64,000 nt of DNA from Planctomycetota bacterium (GTDB lineage: Bacteria > Planctomycetota > PLA2 > JAEUHO01), in assembly GCA_965223505.1 (NCBI GenBank), contig CBDCWP010000026.1, positions 108,782 through 172,781 on the forward strand, given 5' to 3'. Positions within the stretch are counted from its first letter, which is position 1, and each line of letters begins with the position of its first letter. Of this stretch, positions 59,801 through 64,000 are shown piece by piece. The position numbers were made by a program, and so were the translations under genes. The notes under the pieces are model-generated. The model did not search any database. It was given only the letters and a program-made list of their open reading frames with translations, and was not told the origin of the DNA.

Positions 59801-60549
59801 CGCGAGTGCGCGTAGCCGACCGTGTCGCAAACCTTCAAGAACGGCTCGAGCAGGTTGAGCCGATGCTCGACCGTCTTCACGTCTCGGACGGCGTCGTCCA
59901 GCGTGCGCTCGCCGCGCACGACGCGCATCGTGTAGTAGGGCACGCCGGCAGGCGTGCTGCCAAGCTCGTACACGGGCACGATGCCCGGGTGTTCGAGGCC
60001 GCCGGTGACGACGGCCTCCTGTACGAAGCGCGCCGCCGTGTCCTCGGCGACGGGACCGGACTCGTGTGCGAGGGGGCCGGTCGTACCGGCGTGCACCATC
60101 TTGAACGCGACGCGCCGGTTCAACTCGGTATCGAGGGCTAGATAGACGATCCCCATGCCGCCTTCGCCGAGCGGCAGGAAGCCCATGTAGCGCTTCTCGT
60201 CCATGCGTCGCAGCGGAGCCCGGAGCCGGGCGCCGCTGTCGCTGAGCGCATGCGCCGTCTCGGCGTCCAGCCTCGACGGAAGGTCGCGGGCGACACCGCG
60301 TTGCGCGACCGCCTTGCGGACGTCTCCGGCCGCTTCGACGATCCGTTGCACCTCCGTTTCGACTCGCGCTCGATCCGCCGGGGTGATCGACGCGGCCCCG
60401 AGCACGCGATACTCCTTCGAGTCCCAGTACCGGCCGAGCGACGCCGCTGCATCGGGACTTGGCAACACGCCCATCTCCACCGCGACGTCCGCGCGGAGGA
60501 TCTCGAGGAAGAACGCATCTTCCAGCACGGAGTTTTCGCGCGTCGCCAT
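56869..60549 (-). CDS. Membrane Ser/Thr protein kinase with C-terminal TPRs
   Basis: GEGGMG, VAFK, HRDLKPAN, DWG, GTPGFMSPE; TM segment; TPR array; YNAAC. Confidence 0.95.
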   Translation of the reverse strand: MATRENSVLEDAFFLEILRADVAVEMGVLPSPDAAASLGRYWDSKEYRVLGAASITPADRARVETEVQRIVEAAGDVRKAVAQRGVARDLPSRLDAETAHALSDSGARLRAPLRRMDEKRYMGFLPLGEGGMGIVYLALDTELNRRVAFKMVHAGTTGPLAHESGPVAEDTAARFVQEAVVTGGLEHPGIVPVYELGSTPAGVPYYTMRVVRGERTLDDAVRDVKTVEHRLNLLEPFLKVCDTVGYAHSRGVIHRDLKPANVALGPYGEVVVLDWGLAKMTSQPDAEGTRWQSRLKTLREETSLKTLTSALGTPGFMSPEAALGQVELVDHRSDIYSLGAILHKILTGRFPFEFTTYPQFLDGVRRGITEVPGVPEGLAGICLTALATERDERYASVGELATAIRGWLTESSVEREVDALVKEAGLALEAAVGMEGDALLKQLDHAIAVAARALELRPGETMAEATQEEARNLRDGAIEHRESTARRRVMKRVAIVGMGLATAATILVALLLDGKRREAEDARAREAEQRRLAEDERGRAQEMARFMLTDLREGLKPMGRLDLLGSVASKSLEYYEGLPEGSVTPEVRRSHAMALAHLSEALVDSGDLAGALEAARSSQRVLEELLATDPDNKGLQEDLALAVNVAGDAEQEGGDLAAALASYRRSVELRRKLAPKDLARSLDRVATVLMRMGERAPARAIFEESLDIRRRLVAEDPTNVELRRSLSMSVESVGDVVIHAEGLTAALERYNESLAIRRKVFEEVPNDAKARTDLAASLFRVAYCLNEEGNTEASRVHYEESLALYRDQGRLTPTDMWVQRNIALSLEALGNMAQGAGDNERARANFEEALSIKQGIAARDRTNRRARHDVGKAYIHLGDIAKGAGDPDAALRSYEKALGIARELVAEDGDNTEWKEDLNSALYRYGQACRLKSMLPEAQVAFEEALAVAKELTAKDPRNTSWQRDVALTLGQLGDVAAARDRPEDARARHAESLTIKRRLVGADSSNLAFRSDLLYGLGRLASLARDAGENDEAIALFEETVPIHRHVVAADPTPSRRRELSLGLYNVGTMYETVGRADDALPLLREAETIHRGLAAWAHEHHYWQGALGRVALAVGPETPREHLEAAYLLYEQKDFERSADHYAEALADEELATDLARGNRYNAACSAALAGQPERAMMWLAADLRQRRAEHSGERLERHLEHAREKDPDLASLRELPAFDELFR

Positions 60550-60772
60550 CGTGCCGTCAGGCCTCCGGCTTGCCGAACGAAGGGTCGATACGTCGCAGCA
60601 TCAATTACCCGTAGGACGAGGAAGGCGCCCAGCCTAGGTTCGGACCGCCGCGCACGCATCAGCCGAGTTGCATTTGAAGCCGCCGAGTCGACCGATCTGT
60701 CGATCCCCGTGTCGACAGTCAGAGTGACTTCGGAGCCCCCTGACAAGAGCCCCCGACAACGGAGCCCTCGTC

Positions 60773-61414
60773 ATGCGAACCATGCGCTACGCCATTGTCG
60801 CCGTCATTCTGCTCGGGCCCCTGTTCGGCGGGTGCGGCAGCGGTCTGGACGACCCGTTCGGCATCAACTCCCTACTCGTCAACACGTTTCCGACCCCGGT
60901 GCGCACCCTCGAGGGTTCGCTCGCCAACGACGGCACCGTCGATCCCGACGCCCCCTTGCGCGTCGGCGACGACGAAGACGACAAGAGCTGGCGCGCATTC
61001 ACCAGCTTCTCGCTGTCGGTGCCGGCGGGCAGAACCCTGCACCGCGCCGACCTACGACTGCATCAGGGCAGTCTCGTCGGTGATCCCTACGGGAAGCTCG
61101 GTCTACTGTTCGTCGAACGAATCGAGATGGGGCCGACGCGGGACGTCGCCGACTGGAGCGCGCCGGCAGGCGCGCGCTCGATCGGTCACAGCGATCCGGC
61201 CACGGGACCGCTCTCCATCGACGTCACGGCGCACGTCGCAGAAGCCCTCGCGGCGGGGCTCACGCGCGTGGACTTCCGCATTCGATTCAGCGTCAGCGTG
61301 ATTCCCGACGGCGTTGCCGAGCACACACACTTCACGAGCTTCTGGCACGAGGCCGAACCGGCGTCGCTTCCGCCGACGCTGCAGCTCGACTGGAGGGCGA
61401 CGCCCGGGGACTGA
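60773..61414 (+). CDS. Lipoprotein, possible DNRLRE-like beta-sandwich
   Basis: Lipobox FGGC; RVGDD...RAFTSFSL...ADLRL; PTLQLDW. Confidence 0.6.
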   Translation: MRTMRYAIVAVILLGPLFGGCGSGLDDPFGINSLLVNTFPTPVRTLEGSLANDGTVDPDAPLRVGDDEDDKSWRAFTSFSLSVPAGRTLHRADLRLHQGSLVGDPYGKLGLLFVERIEMGPTRDVADWSAPAGARSIGHSDPATGPLSIDVTAHVAEALAAGLTRVDFRIRFSVSVIPDGVAEHTHFTSFWHEAEPASLPPTLQLDWRATPGD

Positions 61415-61424
61415 CGACGTTCGG

Positions 61425-62252
61425 CTACGAATCCTCGCCGTACAGCGACTGCACCGCGCCCTTGTCGCCGTCATTGAGCGTACGACGCATGTATTCGCCG
61501 GAGTCCGTGCAGGAGTACATGGACTCGGCGTAGCACCTGTCCCTGGCGCTGCAGCGGTTGGTGGGGTGACTGATGCCGAGCGCGTGGCCGATCTCGTGCA
61601 GCAACACGGAGAGCAGGTCGTAGGACGACGTGTTGCCGTTGGCCACCTCCACGGCGCACCCGTCTGCGTCTACGCTCGGCGCCGGCCCCGCGGTCCACGT
61701 GAACGCGGACTGGTTGCTGTTCATGGTGATCGTCGAGGTCTGGATCACGCCGCCGAAATACGTCGTGAGAGCCTGGCCGAGGATGCCGGTGCTTCCCACG
61801 TCGCCCCACCCGATCACGATGTCCGCCGACGCCGCGTTCGCAGCGGTCGTGAACGTGATCGTCTCGCCGAGGCCGGAGTGGCAGTCCCACTCGTCCAGGG
61901 CGAAGTCGGTGTAGCTGTCGAGCACGCCGGCGGCGATCGTCCCGGGACGGCCGGTGTCGTCGACGTAGATGCTGATGGTCGACTGGTCCCAGCTCGCGAA
62001 GGTCTTCCCGCACGTCAGCTTGTCGCCTCCGCCCTTCTGGCCGCCGCCGCCACCGCCGTTGCCCGGTGTGCCATCGGGTTTGTCGTGCTGAATGCGATGC
62101 GCGAGGCTGCCGTGCGCGGCGAGCGTACAGGCGTGGCTCTTCGTGCCTCCGCCCTTCGCTTCGGCGACGCGAACCGAGGTGCTGAGCCCCGGGCCCGCGA
62201 CGAACGACAACACCAAAACGATGAACAACGTCAGACCGAGCAGATAGCGCAT
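61425..62252 (-). CDS. Secreted matrixin-like (M10) metalloprotease
   Basis: GGAGG RBS, signal peptide; HEIGHALGISH, Met-turn SM, DKGAVQSLYG. Confidence 0.9.
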   Translation of the reverse strand: MRYLLGLTLFIVLVLSFVAGPGLSTSVRVAEAKGGGTKSHACTLAAHGSLAHRIQHDKPDGTPGNGGGGGGQKGGGDKLTCGKTFASWDQSTISIYVDDTGRPGTIAAGVLDSYTDFALDEWDCHSGLGETITFTTAANAASADIVIGWGDVGSTGILGQALTTYFGGVIQTSTITMNSNQSAFTWTAGPAPSVDADGCAVEVANGNTSSYDLLSVLLHEIGHALGISHPTNRCSARDRCYAESMYSCTDSGEYMRRTLNDGDKGAVQSLYGEDS

Positions 62253-62478
62253 CCATACCTCCGGCCACATTCTATCCGAACCGCGCTCGAACCTCCATCC
62301 GGAGGCTGCAACGCCTGATTGAAGCGGCCCCTGCAGCTCACCTCGACGCTGCGGATCACCTGTCCTTGGCGACGTCGGCGTCGTCTGCTAGCTACACTCC
62401 CGCCGCGCCAATTCGATGGCGAAGGGGAAATGAGACATGCAACTCGTCTACAACAAGACCGGCCCGCTTCCAGGACAT

Positions 62479-63009
62479 CTAGCGGCCTTCGTCGACGACC
62501 GGCAGGTACGCCCGCCACGGGCCGACGTCGTCCGCATGGCGTTTCGCCATCACCCGGCAGATCTGCCGCAGGTGCGAGAGGTCGTGAACGACCCAGGTCG
62601 AGAGCAGCTCGGCAAGCGTTACCGTTCCGAGGTCGGGATGCGTGCCCTTGCGGGCCAGATCGGCGTCCGAGAGTCCGAGCTCTTCGAGCCGGGAGAGGCT
62701 CTCCTTTCGTGCCCGTTCGAACGCGTCGAGCAGCTCGCCGGCCGTGAGCCGCGCGACCTCGTCCTCGTGGCCGAATCGATCGAAGGGCTCGAAGGGGCGG
62801 GCTTCGCCATCCTCGAGGATGCGGCGTGCGCGCGGGATCCAATCCGTCCGCTCGCCTTGTACCAGGTGGCCGACGACGTCGATGGGACGGAACGTCCCCT
62901 CGCCTTCGCTGCAGGTGAGCCACGGGTCCGGGAGACCGTCGAGCAGCGTGCGCAAGACGGACGGCGTGCGACGCAGCAGCTCAGTGGCTTCGGAGAGGTC
63001 GAAGGTCAT
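62479..63009 (-). CDS. DinB family protein
   Basis: DVVGHLV, WIPR, HDLSHLRQI. Confidence 0.88.
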   Translation of the reverse strand: MTFDLSEATELLRRTPSVLRTLLDGLPDPWLTCSEGEGTFRPIDVVGHLVQGERTDWIPRARRILEDGEARPFEPFDRFGHEDEVARLTAGELLDAFERARKESLSRLEELGLSDADLARKGTHPDLGTVTLAELLSTWVVHDLSHLRQICRVMAKRHADDVGPWRAYLPVVDEGR

Positions 63010-63110
63010 CGGGACATTCAAAACGCCGAACCGGGGCGATTGCCGCTCGGCCACTGAAAATTCCGACAAAGAGCGGAACGCGAAGGCCGCCGGCGGGATC
63101 CTTTTCCGCG

Positions 63111-63644
63111 ATGGCCGACCACCTGATCGCTCTCGCCCGCAGCGCGCACAACGCCGACCGGGCCGCGTTGGAGGAGCTCCTGCGGGAGACCGCGGGATTC
63201 CTCCATGCCCTGGCCAGAGCGCGCATGGGCGACGGCGCCGAGGCCGAGGCCGTCACCGCCGACGCGTTGACGCGCATCGCGGGCGGACTCGCGCGGCTGC
63301 GCGATCCGCAGGCCTATCCACACTGGGCCTATCGCATCTTGCAGCGCTGCGTGGCCCGGCGCGGCGGGCGCATTCGCGCAACCATCGACCCCTCGACGCT
63401 GGGCCTGGCCGACACGTCGCAAGGCCCGGTCGAGACGGCCGTGAGCGTGGAGCGGCGGCAGATGATCCACAGCGCCGTCGCGGCCTTGCCGTCGAAGCTG
63501 CGCGAGCCGGTGCTGCTTCATTTCGTAAGCGGCCTCGCCTACCGCGAGATCGCGGTCGTGCTGGGGACCGGAATCGGAACGGTTGCGCGCCGCATGAAGA
63601 AGGCCCTGGCTTCGCTGAAGCCCCACCTGGGGGAGGCACGATGA
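63111..63644 (+). CDS. ECF sigma-70 factor
   Basis: LRDPQAYPHWAYRI (region 2), LAYREIAVVLGTGIGTVARR (region 4). Confidence 0.9.
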   Translation: MADHLIALARSAHNADRAALEELLRETAGFLHALARARMGDGAEAEAVTADALTRIAGGLARLRDPQAYPHWAYRILQRCVARRGGRIRATIDPSTLGLADTSQGPVETAVSVERRQMIHSAVAALPSKLREPVLLHFVSGLAYREIAVVLGTGIGTVARRMKKALASLKPHLGEAR

Positions 63645-64000
63645 GCGATCGAAGCTGCCACGACTGCATGCTCGATTCGAAACGCCATGACGAGTTGGCG
63701 CAGGTGCTGCGCGCCGGTGAGCTCGACGTGTTCGCGCGCGCCGATTTGGCCGCCGACGCCATCGATCTGGCCGAGGCCGAAGCGAGGGTCGGCGCGCCGC
63801 GGTTCGCGTTGACGCGTCCCGTGCTCGCCGCCGCCGCGGTGCTCGTCGGGTTCGGGCTGTGGGTGTTGCTGTCGATCGGCGCGCCCGAGCACCGCGTCGA
63901 CGACGTGACGGTGAGCGTTGGTAGCGTCGAGGCGGAACGAGCCGCGAACATCGCGTTTCTCGACGACCCAGACACCAAGGCGCGCATCGCCAAGGTGAAG
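63641..64000 (+). CDS. Putative anti-sigma factor, runs off the window
   Basis: ATGA overlap with the sigma stop, GGAGG RBS, CHDC motif, TM segment VLAAAAVLVGFGLW. Confidence 0.7.
   Translation, partial: MSDRSCHDCMLDSKRHDELAQVLRAGELDVFARADLAADAIDLAEAEARVGAPRFALTRPVLAAAAVLVGFGLWVLLSIGAPEHRVDDVTVSVGSVEAERAANIAFLDDPDTKARIAKVK

Overview
High-GC bacterial DNA whose gene content (TPR-CHAT proteins, ECF/anti-sigma pairs, TPR Ser/Thr kinase, HEAT and H-X9-DG-like proteins, RRM protein) suggests a Planctomycetota-like organism (inference). Bases 1 to ~21.5 kb are a decaying accessory island. It carries a phage-type DNA methyltransferase, two full (3,409 bp, inverted) and one partial copy of an unusual four-gene TGT...ACA transposon with two different DDE transposases, a truncated Rhs gene, a transglutaminase, an orphan SMI1/KNR4 gene and a truncated DUF3320/REase helicase. 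The island is cut into kb-scale modules by a perfectly conserved 45-bp site (4 direct copies). Two of these copies lie in ~300-bp attP-like junctions centred on an identical 3' fragment of tRNA-Asp(GUC). No module encodes an integrase; a truncated tyrosine recombinase lies at ~28 kb. The best candidate for an undescribed system is this tRNA-anchored, integrase-less cassette array, followed by the dual-transposase element. The rest of the window holds a CHASE-PAS-PP2C sensor, an IS256-disrupted CBS gene and an RRM gene. It also has an ECF/anti-sigma/CHAT operon whose three divergent lipoprotein genes share a promoter-like motif, a Cys-rich protein/MauE-like pair, an unannotated metallothionein-like lipopeptide, and a second CHAT gene next to an S8 subtilase, a TPR kinase and a matrixin.
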